Assembly (NCBI GenBank): GCA_040769165.1
Contig: JAXGLP010000001.1
Location: 1,451,702-1,515,701, forward strand
Direction: 5' to 3'
DNA: 64,000 nt
Source: Armatimonadota bacterium
GTDB taxonomy: Bacteria; Armatimonadota; UBA5829; DSUL01
How positions within the stretch are numbered: position 1 is the first letter of the stretch; each line of letters starts with the position of its first letter. The notes under the pieces are model-generated. The model was not told the origin of the DNA and ran no database searches. It saw only the letters and a program-made list of their open reading frames with translations. Below, in pieces: positions 39,077 through 49,270 of this stretch. A program made the position numbers and the translations under genes.

Positions 39077-41590
39077 ATGAATAGAACCCAGTTCAATCGC
39101 TCCACGGTTTACCCCGTCCTCATTCTCGCTCTGCTCGCTGTCGCCGCGCCGTCCTACGCGAACGTGTATGCGGCGCACCTGGCGCCAGCGGCAAATGAGT
39201 GGGATTTCGGGACTCAGGGCAACCTCACCATCACTTACAGGCTCAACCAGCCTGCCACTTCAGTCACCATCGAGATCTTTCGTGCGGCTGAGCCCGGGAC
39301 GGTGGTGAAGACCATCACCGGGACCACCACGTGGGGTCTCAACACAGTTGTCTGGGACGGTACGAAGGACGGCGGCGGACTCGCCCCGAAATCCGGCGGC
39401 TACAAGTTCCGGGTCAAGGCCGAGGACAACGTCGGCTCCAGTTCGTGGACGAATATCACCCCGCTGGACGGCGGCAATGAGATCGGCAGCGCGCAGTTCT
39501 ACGCGCCCGAGGGCATCGCGATCAACAGGGACCAGAACAGCCCCCGGTTCGGACAGATCTACATATCGAGCGGGTACGACGTTGGCCCGTCGGCCAACCC
39601 CGGGGCGAGCGCGTTCGGTGACGGTCTCTTCCTGCTGATGAGCGACATGACATTCAGAGGAGGCACGGCCGACGGGGCGAAGGCCGCGGCAAACAGCAGC
39701 CTCATCACCAGCCTCTTCGCCGGCACGCCCGCCGACGCAAACAGCTACAGCCCCTACAAGCTGAGCATCAACAACGACAACTCCGACGAGATCGTGATGT
39801 CGGACTACTGGTTCCTGTCGGGGTCGAGCGCCTTCGAGAACGTGTGGGTGTTCAACGGCGACGGCACGTCGGTCAAGCGGCTGCTGAACAGCGATACGAC
39901 GGGACCGACCACAGGCGACGCCTTCAACCACGGCAACCAGACGGAAGCTGCCATCAAGGGCATCGGCGAGTCGCGAAGGCTGTTCGGGCTGGATGCGGAC
40001 AAAGACGCCGGCGTGGCCCATTCCATCACGGGCCCCGACTTTCTCCGCTGGGATATCGGCCAGACACAGGAGAACTTCACCAGCCAGCCTGTCGAGTTGC
40101 TGAACGGAGGCTACGTCATTCCCGTAGCCCAGACAGGGGCGGGAACGAGAACCAGCTTCTACTCTGCCCGAGGGCTCAGCATTGGCCAGGTGAGCGGCGA
40201 CGCGTACATCTGCAACCTTCGCTACAACAACTCGCTTGGGAACCAGGCCATGTTCAGGGCGGACCTCGACGCTGAGGGCAATGTCGCGGGGACCGTCTGG
40301 GCGTGGCAGAATCCGCAGTTGACCACGGCCATTCAGGCGGTTGACCCTACGTTCCCCTGCTGGACGCAGAGCACGGCCATTGCAGTGGATGAAGCCCGCC
40401 AGAGGGGCGCGGCGCTGCGGCTGGGTGCAACGTATACGGATACCGGATGCCCCGGGACTGTGCCGGGCGCCCGCGCTGTCGTCTTTAACACGAATGACGG
40501 GACGGTGCTTGCGGCGTTTCCGATCAGCGACACGGGCAACTCGGCGCGCGACCTGGATTTCGATGCGGCCGGGAACCTGTACACGACCAACCAGGCTGAT
40601 GAACACGTGCGGATGTGGTCGCCTCCGGACGGTCCGAACAGCTTCACGACGACCTACTACGGCAATGTCGCTACCAGTTCGCTGAAGGTTACGGTGGAGC
40701 AGGCCGCCGCGCAGGCTGACCCGACGGGCGCCAGCCCCATTAACTTCACCGCCACGTTCAGCGCGCCCGTTACCGGGTTCACTTCGTCGGATGTGAACCT
40801 CGGCGGCACAGGCGAACCGACAACCGCGACAGTTACCGGCGGCCCGAGCGTTTACAACATTGCGGTCACCGGCATGTCCGGCAACGGCACGGTGACGGCG
40901 TCGGTCGCTCCGGACGCGGCGGTTGACGGCTCCGGCAACCCGAACCAGCCCTCCACGAGCGCGGATAACACGGTGCTGTATCAGGCGCCGGAGTCGGTCG
41001 GCAAAGCCAAGACCCGTTTGGACGGCACGCTGGTCTGGCTGGCCGATGTCGTTGTGACGAAGATCATCGGCAACGACTTCTTCGTGCAGGACAAGGACCG
41101 CGCCGCGGGCGCGCGCATTCTGGTTTCGGGCGGCACGCCGTCCGTGGCCGTTAACACGCTGGTCAGTCTGAGGGGCACGGTGGCAACGGCTGGCGCGGAG
41201 CGCGTCGTGAATGCCGAGCTGGCAAACATCACCAGCGGCGCCGCGTTCACGGCGGTACCGCTTCAGACGCGCTCGAGCGATGCTGGCGGCGACAAGGTTG
41301 CCGGCGGCGCCGGGCTTCCGGATGACGGCCTGCTGGCTACAGTGGCCGGGAGGGTGACCGAGACGGACTTCTACAGCTATGTCTATCTGGACGATGGCTC
41401 TGTTGTGGCCAACGACGCGACAACCACCGCAAAGGGCATCAAGATAGACCTGACGACGTCCACAATCGGCATCGTGCCCATGCCCGATCAGTATGCGAAG
41501 ATCACGGGTGTGGTGCGGGCGCTTCAGGCTGGGGACAAGGTCATTCCTGTCATTCAGCCCCGCGACGACGCGGATATCGCTGTCGAGTAG
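39077..41590 (+). CDS. Secreted FlgD-Ig-like/Big-domain protein, paralog 2 (divergent copy, 837 aa) with shared C-terminal module
   Basis: Start at ATG 39077 (AAAGGAAGAGAGGGAC RBS) inside track ORF 38921..41590. About 70-75% identical to paralogs 1 and 3 in the N-terminal two-thirds, and near-identical in the last ~300 aa. Confidence 0.85.
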   Translation: MNRTQFNRSTVYPVLILALLAVAAPSYANVYAAHLAPAANEWDFGTQGNLTITYRLNQPATSVTIEIFRAAEPGTVVKTITGTTTWGLNTVVWDGTKDGGGLAPKSGGYKFRVKAEDNVGSSSWTNITPLDGGNEIGSAQFYAPEGIAINRDQNSPRFGQIYISSGYDVGPSANPGASAFGDGLFLLMSDMTFRGGTADGAKAAANSSLITSLFAGTPADANSYSPYKLSINNDNSDEIVMSDYWFLSGSSAFENVWVFNGDGTSVKRLLNSDTTGPTTGDAFNHGNQTEAAIKGIGESRRLFGLDADKDAGVAHSITGPDFLRWDIGQTQENFTSQPVELLNGGYVIPVAQTGAGTRTSFYSARGLSIGQVSGDAYICNLRYNNSLGNQAMFRADLDAEGNVAGTVWAWQNPQLTTAIQAVDPTFPCWTQSTAIAVDEARQRGAALRLGATYTDTGCPGTVPGARAVVFNTNDGTVLAAFPISDTGNSARDLDFDAAGNLYTTNQADEHVRMWSPPDGPNSFTTTYYGNVATSSLKVTVEQAAAQADPTGASPINFTATFSAPVTGFTSSDVNLGGTGEPTTATVTGGPSVYNIAVTGMSGNGTVTASVAPDAAVDGSGNPNQPSTSADNTVLYQAPESVGKAKTRLDGTLVWLADVVVTKIIGNDFFVQDKDRAAGARILVSGGTPSVAVNTLVSLRGTVATAGAERVVNAELANITSGAAFTAVPLQTRSSDAGGDKVAGGAGLPDDGLLATVAGRVTETDFYSYVYLDDGSVVANDATTTAKGIKIDLTTSTIGIVPMPDQYAKITGVVRALQAGDKVIPVIQPRDDADIAVE

Positions 41591-41621
41591 GCGTTCATCA
41601 GAGAGCTGACCTGTTCGATTC

Positions 41622-41658
41622 GAGGCCCGGAGCGGAAACGCTCCGGGCCCTCTTTTCC
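41622..41658 (+). terminator. Rho-independent terminator after paralog 2
   Basis: GGCCCGGAGCGGAAACGCTCCGGGCC followed by CTCTTTTCC. Confidence 0.7.
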
Positions 41659-41952
41659 TGGGCTCCTGATACTGTAGAGCACGGCAGAGTGCGGCACGGA
41701 GAAGGTTTTTTGCGTTGATTTTGCCTGCACGAGGCCTGCATGGATTGACTTTGGCGCGGCTGAAGATGTACACATTAGGCAGGGTCCGCGCGCCCGTGGA
41801 GGTCTCAGGAACTCTGCCGGGACGCTGACTGTGGCCGAATCGCGTGGGCTCGAATGTCGTCGAAAGCCCCGCAGGCGCCGTTTGCGGAGGGTGCTTGCAC
41901 GAGGGCTTTATGTCAGTCGTCTGTTAATGGGAAGGAAAGGAAGAGAGGGATC

Positions 41953-44457
41953 ATGACTCGCAAACCCTCTACACTCTTTGCTCGATCGCTGGCGCTGTTG
42001 GTGTGCGCTCTCGCGCTTGGCATGGCGGCCGCGCCGTCTTATGCCAACGTGTATGCCGCGCACCTGGGCGCTGCCGGAAACGAATGGGATTTCGGCACCC
42101 AGGGCAACCTGGCTATCACCTACAGGCTCAATCAGCCTGCGACATCGGTTACCATCGAGATCTACCGCGTTGCCGACCCGGCGACAGTGGTGAAGACCAT
42201 CGCAGGAACGACAACCTGGGGTCTGAACACAGTTGTGTGGGACGGCACCAAGGATGGCGGCGGACTTGCTCCCAAGTCCGGCGGATACAAGTTCCGGGTC
42301 AAGGCTGAAGACGCCGTGGGCGCCAGCTCATGGACGAACATTACTCCGCTCGACGCCGGCGGCGAGATCGGCAGCGCGCAGTATTACGCGCCGCAGGGAA
42401 TCGCCATCAACAAGGACCAGACGAGCCCGTTCTTCGGGCAGATCTACATCTCCAGCGCTGAGGACGCAAGCCCGTCCACCAACCCGGGCGCGACAGCCAT
42501 GGGCGACGGGCTGTTCCTGCTGATGAGTGACATGACGTTCCGGGGCGGCACTGTCGAGACCGCCAAAGCTGCGGCCAACAGCAGCCTCATCACCGCAACA
42601 GCCGCGACACCCGACACCTACAACTACAGCCCTTGGAAGCTGACGATCAACCATGACAACTGGAACGAGATCGTCATGTCGGACTACCTTGACGGCTGGG
42701 AGGAAGTCTGGGTGTTCAACGCCGACGGGACGTCGGTTAAGCGGCTGCTGAACAAAGAGACCACCGGTCCGAACGCCGCGGTTGAGGCCTTCAACCACGG
42801 CAATCAGCTCGAGATCGCGATCAAGGGCGTCGGCGACAAGCGCAAGCTGTTCGGCCTCGATGAGGACAAGGACCCGGAGCCCGCGCACTCCGTCACCGGG
42901 CCGCAGTTCCTGCGCTGGGACATCGGAACCGTGCAGGAGAACTTTGTTGGCCAGCCGGCGGAACTGCTGAACGGTGGATACGTGATCCCGCCGGCGCAGA
43001 TCGGCGGGGGCACCAGCACCAACTTCTACACTGCGTTCGGCATGTACATCGGGCAGGTCAGCGGCGACGCCTACATCTGCAACCGCCGCTATAACAACGA
43101 TCTTGGTAATCAGGCCATGTTCAGGGCCGACCTGGACGCCGAAGGCAAGCTGCTTGGCACTGTTTGGGCATGGCAGACCACGGAGCTTACCGCGGCAATA
43201 CAGGCGATTGACCCGACCTTCCCGTGCTGGTGCCGCACGGACTCTATCGCGGTTGATGAAGGCCGCAAGAGAGGCGTGGCGATCCGCGACGGATCGACAA
43301 TCACTGACATAGGATGCCCTGGAACCGTCGCCGGTGGACGCGCTGTCGTGTTCGACACGGACAACGGCGCTGTGCTGGCCGCGTTCCCGGTCAGCGATAC
43401 GGGCAACTCGGTCCGCGACTGCGAGTTTGACGCAGCCGGCAACCTGTACACGGGCTGCCAGTCGGACGAGCATGTGCGGATGTGGTCACCGCCGGACGGA
43501 CCGAACAGCTTCACGACCACCTACTACGGCAATGTGGCCACCAGCAACCTGAAAGTGACCGTCGAGCAGGCCGGCGCGCAGGCTGACCCGACCGGGACCA
43601 GCCCCATCAACTTCACCGCCACGTTCAGCGCCCCGGTCACCGGATTCGACTCGGCGGACGTTATCGTCGGCGGCACGGGCGAGCCGACTGGCGCAACCGT
43701 TACCGGCGGCCCGAGCGTTTACAACATCGCGGTCACCGGCATGTCCGGCAACGGCACCGTGACGGCTTCCATCGCCCCGGACGCGGCGGTTGACGGCTCG
43801 GGCAACCCGAACCAGCCCTCCACCAGCGTGGACAACACCGTGCTGTATCAGGCGCCGGAGACGGTTGGCAAGGCGAAGACGCGCACGGACGGCACACTGG
43901 TCTGGCTGGCGGATGTTGTCGTGACGAAGATCATCGGCAACGACTTCTTCGTTCAGGACAAGGACCGCGCTGCTGGCGTGCGGGTGGTGGTATCCGGCGG
44001 GACTCCGTCCGTTGCCGTAAACACGCTCGTTAGCCTCACCGGCACCGTGGGCACCGCTGGCGCGGAGCGCATCCTCAACGTGGCCCTGGCGGACATCACT
44101 GCGGGCGCGGCGTTCACGGCGGTTCCGCTGCAGACGCGCTCGAGCGATGCTGGCGGCGACAAGGTTGCCAGCGGCGTCGGCCTTCCGGACGACGGCCTGC
44201 TTGCCACGGTTGCCGGTCAGGTGACCGAGACGGACTTCTACAGCTACGTTTACCTTGATGACGGCTCTGTCGTGGCGAACGACTCCACGACCCCGGTCAA
44301 GGGCATCAAGATAGACCTGACGACGTCCACCATCGGCATCGTGCCCCTGCCTGAGCAGTATGCGAAGGTCACGGGTGTGGTGCGCGCGCTTCAGGCTGGA
44401 GACAAGGTTATTCCTGTCATTCAGCCGCGCGACGATGCGGATATCGCTGTCGAGTAG
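41953..44457 (+). CDS. Secreted FlgD-Ig-like/Big-domain protein, paralog 3 (834 aa) with shared C-terminal module
   Basis: Start at ATG 41953 (GGAAGGAAAGGAAGAGAGGGATC leader) inside track ORF 41854..44457. About 98% identical to paralog 1 after residue ~75; the N-terminal signal-peptide region differs. Confidence 0.85.
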   Translation: MTRKPSTLFARSLALLVCALALGMAAAPSYANVYAAHLGAAGNEWDFGTQGNLAITYRLNQPATSVTIEIYRVADPATVVKTIAGTTTWGLNTVVWDGTKDGGGLAPKSGGYKFRVKAEDAVGASSWTNITPLDAGGEIGSAQYYAPQGIAINKDQTSPFFGQIYISSAEDASPSTNPGATAMGDGLFLLMSDMTFRGGTVETAKAAANSSLITATAATPDTYNYSPWKLTINHDNWNEIVMSDYLDGWEEVWVFNADGTSVKRLLNKETTGPNAAVEAFNHGNQLEIAIKGVGDKRKLFGLDEDKDPEPAHSVTGPQFLRWDIGTVQENFVGQPAELLNGGYVIPPAQIGGGTSTNFYTAFGMYIGQVSGDAYICNRRYNNDLGNQAMFRADLDAEGKLLGTVWAWQTTELTAAIQAIDPTFPCWCRTDSIAVDEGRKRGVAIRDGSTITDIGCPGTVAGGRAVVFDTDNGAVLAAFPVSDTGNSVRDCEFDAAGNLYTGCQSDEHVRMWSPPDGPNSFTTTYYGNVATSNLKVTVEQAGAQADPTGTSPINFTATFSAPVTGFDSADVIVGGTGEPTGATVTGGPSVYNIAVTGMSGNGTVTASIAPDAAVDGSGNPNQPSTSVDNTVLYQAPETVGKAKTRTDGTLVWLADVVVTKIIGNDFFVQDKDRAAGVRVVVSGGTPSVAVNTLVSLTGTVGTAGAERILNVALADITAGAAFTAVPLQTRSSDAGGDKVASGVGLPDDGLLATVAGQVTETDFYSYVYLDDGSVVANDSTTPVKGIKIDLTTSTIGIVPLPEQYAKVTGVVRALQAGDKVIPVIQPRDDADIAVE

Positions 44458-44521
44458 CAGTTCCGAAGCGAACTGACTGATTCGAATGAGGGGCCCGGAG
44501 CGGAGACGCTCCGGGCCCTTG
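42131..44521 (+). repeat. Near-identical ~2.4-kb direct repeat, copy A' (paralog 3 body plus terminator)
   Basis: See copy A. 3' flank CAGTTCCGAAGCGAACTGACTGATTCGAATGAGGGGCCCGGAGCGGA(A/G)ACGCTCCGGGCC is conserved. Confidence 0.8.
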
Positions 44522-44528
44522 TTTTCGC
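44489..44528 (+). terminator. Rho-independent terminator after paralog 3
   Basis: GGGCCCGGAGCGGAGACGCTCCGGGCCC followed by TTGTTTTCG. One substitution relative to the paralog-1 terminator. Confidence 0.7.
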
Positions 44529-44540
44529 CTCAGGAATCCG

Positions 44541-45629
44541 TCAGGAAGCGCGCGTGAGTATGAAATGGGCCATGCCGCCGAGCGTTTCCCGCCAGTCCGC
44601 CCCGATGCGAGCAGCGGCAAGGGCGTCGAGCGCCTCCCGAACAAGGCGCTCAGCCGTCTGCTCGGCATAGCGCCGGGCGCCTGTGCTGGTGACGATCTCT
44701 CTCACCTTCTCGACGTCCGCGGGCGATGCCGCGTCATCGCCCCACACCCGCCTCAGGAGATCGCGCCCGGCTTCGTCCGAAGTCTCATAGGCTCGCGATA
44801 TCAGGAGCGTTGACTTGCCCTCACGAATGTCGGAGTCAACCGGCTTCCCGGTCGCGACTTCATCGCCAAAAAGGCCCAGAATATCGTCCTTGATCTGAAA
44901 GGCCCGGCCAAGTGGTATTCCAAAACTTGTGAACGCCGCGAAGACAGAATCATCCGCGCCCGCGGCGGCCGCGCCGAGGTGAAGCGGGCGCTCGAGGGTG
45001 TACTTTCCGGACTTGAGACTGAGGATGCTCCAGATGTCCTGTTCGGGCGCCGGAGCTGGGCGGCTCGATGCGACCACATCCAGAAACTGACCCTCGATCA
45101 CTTCCTCGCGCATCGTGTTCCAGACGTCCCGGACAGCCTCCCGCCGCTCCGAGTCGAGCCGGGCGCTGTCGATGAGCGTATCGGAGAGCGCCAGCGCGAG
45201 ATCGCCGATTAGCAGGGCCGCCGAGACTCCGAAATGCGCCGCGTCGCCGCGCAGCCCATGTTTGCCGTGCCACGCCTCCCACATCCGGTGCGCGGTCGGC
45301 AGACCCCGGCGCAGATCGGACCTGTCCATTACGTCGTCGTGGGCGAGCGCGAAGACGTGCAGCATCTCCGCGGCAGCCGCCACGGGCATTACATCATCGT
45401 AGCGTGCTCCACCGCCGGCAAGATATCCGGCCTCAACCAGAAACGGCCGAATCCGTTTGCCCGGACGCAGCGCATAGTCCTGAACCCCTGAGAGAAACTC
45501 GTCTAGGCCCCCGTCCCGCGCGGCCGCGATGGCGCGCCGCTCGGCCACGAAGGCCGCAAGCCACGCGTCAAACCGGGTCTGGAAGCCGCGGAGATCCTCC
45601 GCGAACCCTCCGGCGGATGCCGCGCTCAA
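44541..45629 (-). CDS. Polyprenyl diphosphate synthase (trans-isoprenyl diphosphate synthase family)
   Basis: First and second Asp-rich motifs (ALAHDDVMDRSDLRRG and FQIKDDILGLFGD). Confidence 0.75.
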   Translation of the reverse strand: MSAASAGGFAEDLRGFQTRFDAWLAAFVAERRAIAAARDGGLDEFLSGVQDYALRPGKRIRPFLVEAGYLAGGGARYDDVMPVAAAAEMLHVFALAHDDVMDRSDLRRGLPTAHRMWEAWHGKHGLRGDAAHFGVSAALLIGDLALALSDTLIDSARLDSERREAVRDVWNTMREEVIEGQFLDVVASSRPAPAPEQDIWSILSLKSGKYTLERPLHLGAAAAGADDSVFAAFTSFGIPLGRAFQIKDDILGLFGDEVATGKPVDSDIREGKSTLLISRAYETSDEAGRDLLRRVWGDDAASPADVEKVREIVTSTGARRYAEQTAERLVREALDALAAARIGADWRETLGGMAHFILTRAS

Positions 45630-45671
45630 TTGCCGCCTCGCAGGGCCCAGGCAACGTACGAATGTGCGGTG

Positions 45672-48122
45672 TTACGCAAGTTCAAGGATCTCCTCCACAC
45701 TCGGAAGGCCGGACGGCCCAGCGCCGTCGCGCAGCACGGACGACTGCGTGTCCTGATCGTAGTCCACCCAGATGCAGCGATCCACCATGTCGTGTATCGA
45801 ATCAATGTGGGTGATGAGCAGAATCTGCGGGAAGCTGCCCTTCAGGTTGTCGAGAAGAGCGATCACGTTCTCCCGGCGCAACTCGTCGAGAGAACCAAAG
45901 ACCTCGTCCAGAATCAGCAAGCCGAGTTCGATGCCCGCGCGCTCGGCGATCATCTGCGAAACTCCGAGCCGCAGGCACAGATGCAGGATATCCTCCTCGC
46001 CCCCGGAGACAACCGGCTTGTGCTCTCCCTCTTCGTAAAGCCGGGGCGCGAAATCGTCGTCGAGGTCCATCTGGCTGTAGCGCTCGGGTGCAACCTGCGA
46101 CAGGAAATCCGACGCGGCCTCTTCCAGGCGCGGCTTGATCTGAGCGCTGAGGGCGGCGCGCAGCTCATCCAGAGCCTGCACGAGCGCCTCGAGGTGCCGC
46201 TGCTCGGACTTCTTCTCATCGAGCACCTTCAGGCGGGACTTCTGCTCTTCTTCCTGCCTTTCAGTATCCTTGAGCAGTGCCTCCGCAGTCCGAACATCCG
46301 ACTTCAGGCTGACGGCCTCTTCGCGTGCCGTCCGGGCAGCGAACTCAGCCTTCTGGCGGCTCGCGACGAGGTCGTTGTGCGCCTTTTCGTCGAAGGCAAG
46401 CGCGGCGATCTGGGCCTCCACTTCCGCCGCGTTCTTGAGCAGATCGTTAAGGCGCGCGGTCTGTGCGCTCAGGTCACGCTCCACCTCATCGCGCCGAGCC
46501 ACTCGCGCCTGCAACTGGGTGAGGCGGTCGCGCTGTGGCTTGAGTTCCCTGCCGCGACTGCGTACCCGCTCAAGCTCATCCGGATCGAAGTCGCCTTCGA
46601 TTGCGCTCAGCTTCTTCTCGCTCGCCTGCAACTGCGCCCGCAGGTCTGCAAGCTGCGTCTGCTCGCGCTTGAGCTGCTCCCCGGCGGTTTCCGCGCGGGT
46701 GACGGCTTCACGGGCAACGGAAAGGGACTTCTCGGAATCCTCGAACTGCGTCTTGAGGCGTGTCAGTTCGGCAGGCTGTGCTTTGAGGCTCGCAATCTCC
46801 GCGTCCATCTCGCGCACAGATTGGCCGGCAGCCGACAGGTCGCGCTTCATCTGACCCGTGACTTTGTCGAACTCCGCGCCCAGCGGACGCTCACAGGTGG
46901 GGCACACTCCATCAGGCCCGGCCTTCTCGACCTGCCGGAGATGCTCCGCAAGCTCGCTCTGGCGCGCCCGCGCTGTGCGTGCCCCGGCCTCCGCCGACGA
47001 CCTCCGCCGCACGAGATCACTCTGGGCGGCTTCGAGTTCGGAGCGCATCTCCGCGTTCTGCTGTGCCGCCGCCTCCGCCCGCTTGCGCAACTCAATGAGG
47101 GAAGCGAACTGCTCTTCAAGAACCCGTATGCTCTCCAGCGTCCGGGATATCTGAGTTGTCGTCTGGGTTATCGCTGTCCGAATGCCGCTTCTCTGGGCGT
47201 CGGCGGCCTTCAGCTCCAGGAGATGCTCGTTGCGCGTTTTGAGTTCTTCGTATTCCCGGGCGAGGGGTTGCAGCTCCTGCACTTCGGCCTGCGCGGCCTC
47301 GATCCCGTCCCGCTCGCCCTGCACCCGGGCGATGTTCTCGCGAATCACTGCTTCCTGACTGCGCACGAGGTTGAGGTTCGCGCCGAGCGACTCATGGAGT
47401 TTATGTTTGTTCAGGGATGCGTCTACTTCCGGAACAATCTTGTCCAGTTCCGCCTGAGCCTGCAACGCCAGCGCCTCCCCCTCCTCTAGCTTCGCGCGCG
47501 CCTCCTTCACCGCCGCTTTCTGCTCGGCCTTGCGCGCCTTGATGCTTTCGGGGTCCCCCAGCCCCTGCACCAACCCGTCTATCGTGCGGCCGCACTGCAG
47601 CTTCTCGTCATTCGCAAGCGCGCGCGCCTTCGAGAGCCGCTCGTAGCCGAGAAGCTTCCCGATGTAGGCCTCGCGTCCTTTCGAGCTGACATCCTTCAGA
47701 AACGCAAGGTCCTTCTGCCCTGTAAAGAAGCTGGTAAAGAAGGCCTGAGGATCCATGCCCAGCAGCTGCCCAACCTTCTGGGTCACATTCTCCGTGCCGG
47801 TCGCCAGCTGCGTATCGCCGGAGAAGAGTGCGGCATCGTTGAGACGGCGCACCACACGGAAGGGCTGGCCCGCAAGGTCGAAATCGAGGGTCACTTCCGG
47901 AACTTCGCCCCTCTTCGAGCCGCGCGACCGGATGGTGTCCGCCTTGCCGCGCTCCATCCGCTGAACGGCCTTCTGGCCGTAGAGTGCCCACGCGATAGCT
48001 TCGAGGAGCGTGCTCTTGCCCGCCCCGTTGCGGCCGATGATGCCGGTGATCCCGTCCTGAAACAGGATGTCCGTCTCTTTGTGCTGACGGAAGCTGCGCA
48101 GCTTCAGTGAAAGCAGTCTCAC
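45672..48122 (-). CDS. sbcC: DNA double-strand break repair ATPase SbcC/Rad50
   Basis: N-terminal Walker A GRNGAGKSTLLEAI. Long coiled-coil with CPTCERPL zinc hook. C-terminal signature/D-loop LILDEVFGSLD. Confidence 0.85.
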   Translation of the reverse strand: MRLLSLKLRSFRQHKETDILFQDGITGIIGRNGAGKSTLLEAIAWALYGQKAVQRMERGKADTIRSRGSKRGEVPEVTLDFDLAGQPFRVVRRLNDAALFSGDTQLATGTENVTQKVGQLLGMDPQAFFTSFFTGQKDLAFLKDVSSKGREAYIGKLLGYERLSKARALANDEKLQCGRTIDGLVQGLGDPESIKARKAEQKAAVKEARAKLEEGEALALQAQAELDKIVPEVDASLNKHKLHESLGANLNLVRSQEAVIRENIARVQGERDGIEAAQAEVQELQPLAREYEELKTRNEHLLELKAADAQRSGIRTAITQTTTQISRTLESIRVLEEQFASLIELRKRAEAAAQQNAEMRSELEAAQSDLVRRRSSAEAGARTARARQSELAEHLRQVEKAGPDGVCPTCERPLGAEFDKVTGQMKRDLSAAGQSVREMDAEIASLKAQPAELTRLKTQFEDSEKSLSVAREAVTRAETAGEQLKREQTQLADLRAQLQASEKKLSAIEGDFDPDELERVRSRGRELKPQRDRLTQLQARVARRDEVERDLSAQTARLNDLLKNAAEVEAQIAALAFDEKAHNDLVASRQKAEFAARTAREEAVSLKSDVRTAEALLKDTERQEEEQKSRLKVLDEKKSEQRHLEALVQALDELRAALSAQIKPRLEEAASDFLSQVAPERYSQMDLDDDFAPRLYEEGEHKPVVSGGEEDILHLCLRLGVSQMIAERAGIELGLLILDEVFGSLDELRRENVIALLDNLKGSFPQILLITHIDSIHDMVDRCIWVDYDQDTQSSVLRDGAGPSGLPSVEEILELA

Positions 48123-49267
48123 AGTTTCGCCTCCTCTTCGGCGGCCTTCGCCAGATACTGCGAGCCAAGAGCCGAGAGCCGTTTCGGGTCTATTCCGCGG
48201 GGCAGGCCCTCGAGGGCCTCCGCGAACTCACGCCACTCCACCTCCAGCGGCCGGGACGATCCAGCGACGCCATCAGCGGCCGCCTGACCGGCGCGGGCAG
48301 GCGGGCGGAGCGCAAGCTCGAGATGCATCGCCTGGCTCTTGAGTTCACGAAGCCGCCCCCAGTCCAGGTCGCGCTGGATGGAACGCGGAATGCCGTCAAC
48401 GACAACCCGCACAATCCGGTCCTGCAGCCCGTTCAGCCCGGCAAGCTGTGTTTCGATAGCACCCATAATCTCTTCGCCGCAGAGGTCTTCGGCGGCCAAC
48501 GGGGCCAGATCGTGGACTTCGCGAAGTCCGGGCGTCCCGTGAACCTCCACTTCCGGGCCCTCGCTGTCGTAGATCAGATATCCCTTGGAAGGCCCGCGGG
48601 CCTCCTCCCAGATGTTCGTGCTCGTGTATTCGGTGGCGCCAGAGTAGAAGCAGTTCGGCGCGATCTCGGTTCGAATGTGATAGTGCCCGACGGCAATGTA
48701 GTTCCACTCGTCGAAGTACAGCTCGCCCGGGTCAAGCTGCACCGGGTCGTGCATTCCGTACGCCACTCCCCGGACGGTTCCGTGAAGCGCCAGAACATTG
48801 ACGCCGCCTCCTTCCGCCGGGCGAACCTGCGTGTTGCGTTCGTGAAGCGCGAAATAGGGCAGGCAATAGACCCTGCAGCCGAGACCGTCAAACCCTAGGC
48901 CCTCGTACCCGTGATGCCTCACATACACATGCTCGAAAGCATCCGGAAACAGGTCGAGAATGCACCCCGCGTCGGTGGATTTCGGCGTGTCGTGGTTTCC
49001 TCCCACAATCACGATGGGCGTGTCGTATTTCCGCCGGAACCGCGAGAACAGACGGAACGTCTTCTGGATGACCAGGTTGCTCGGGCGCACGGTGTGGAAC
49101 ATATCGCCAGCGATGACGATCAGGTCCACGTTCCTGCCCGTGACATCAACCAGCACCCGCTCGAAGGCGCCGAACACATCATCCTCACGCTGATTGACCC
49201 CCTCCGGCGTCAGGCGCGCGTAGGCGCGATACCCGAGATGCACATCAGAAATGTGGGCTATTCGCAT
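48119..49267 (-). CDS. sbcD: DNA repair nuclease SbcD/Mre11
   Basis: Calcineurin-like phosphoesterase motifs DVHLG, GDMFH, GNHD, ...HGT.... ATGA overlap with sbcC start. Confidence 0.85.
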   Translation of the reverse strand: MRIAHISDVHLGYRAYARLTPEGVNQREDDVFGAFERVLVDVTGRNVDLIVIAGDMFHTVRPSNLVIQKTFRLFSRFRRKYDTPIVIVGGNHDTPKSTDAGCILDLFPDAFEHVYVRHHGYEGLGFDGLGCRVYCLPYFALHERNTQVRPAEGGGVNVLALHGTVRGVAYGMHDPVQLDPGELYFDEWNYIAVGHYHIRTEIAPNCFYSGATEYTSTNIWEEARGPSKGYLIYDSEGPEVEVHGTPGLREVHDLAPLAAEDLCGEEIMGAIETQLAGLNGLQDRIVRVVVDGIPRSIQRDLDWGRLRELKSQAMHLELALRPPARAGQAAADGVAGSSRPLEVEWREFAEALEGLPRGIDPKRLSALGSQYLAKAAEEEAKL

Positions 49268-49270
49268 CTG

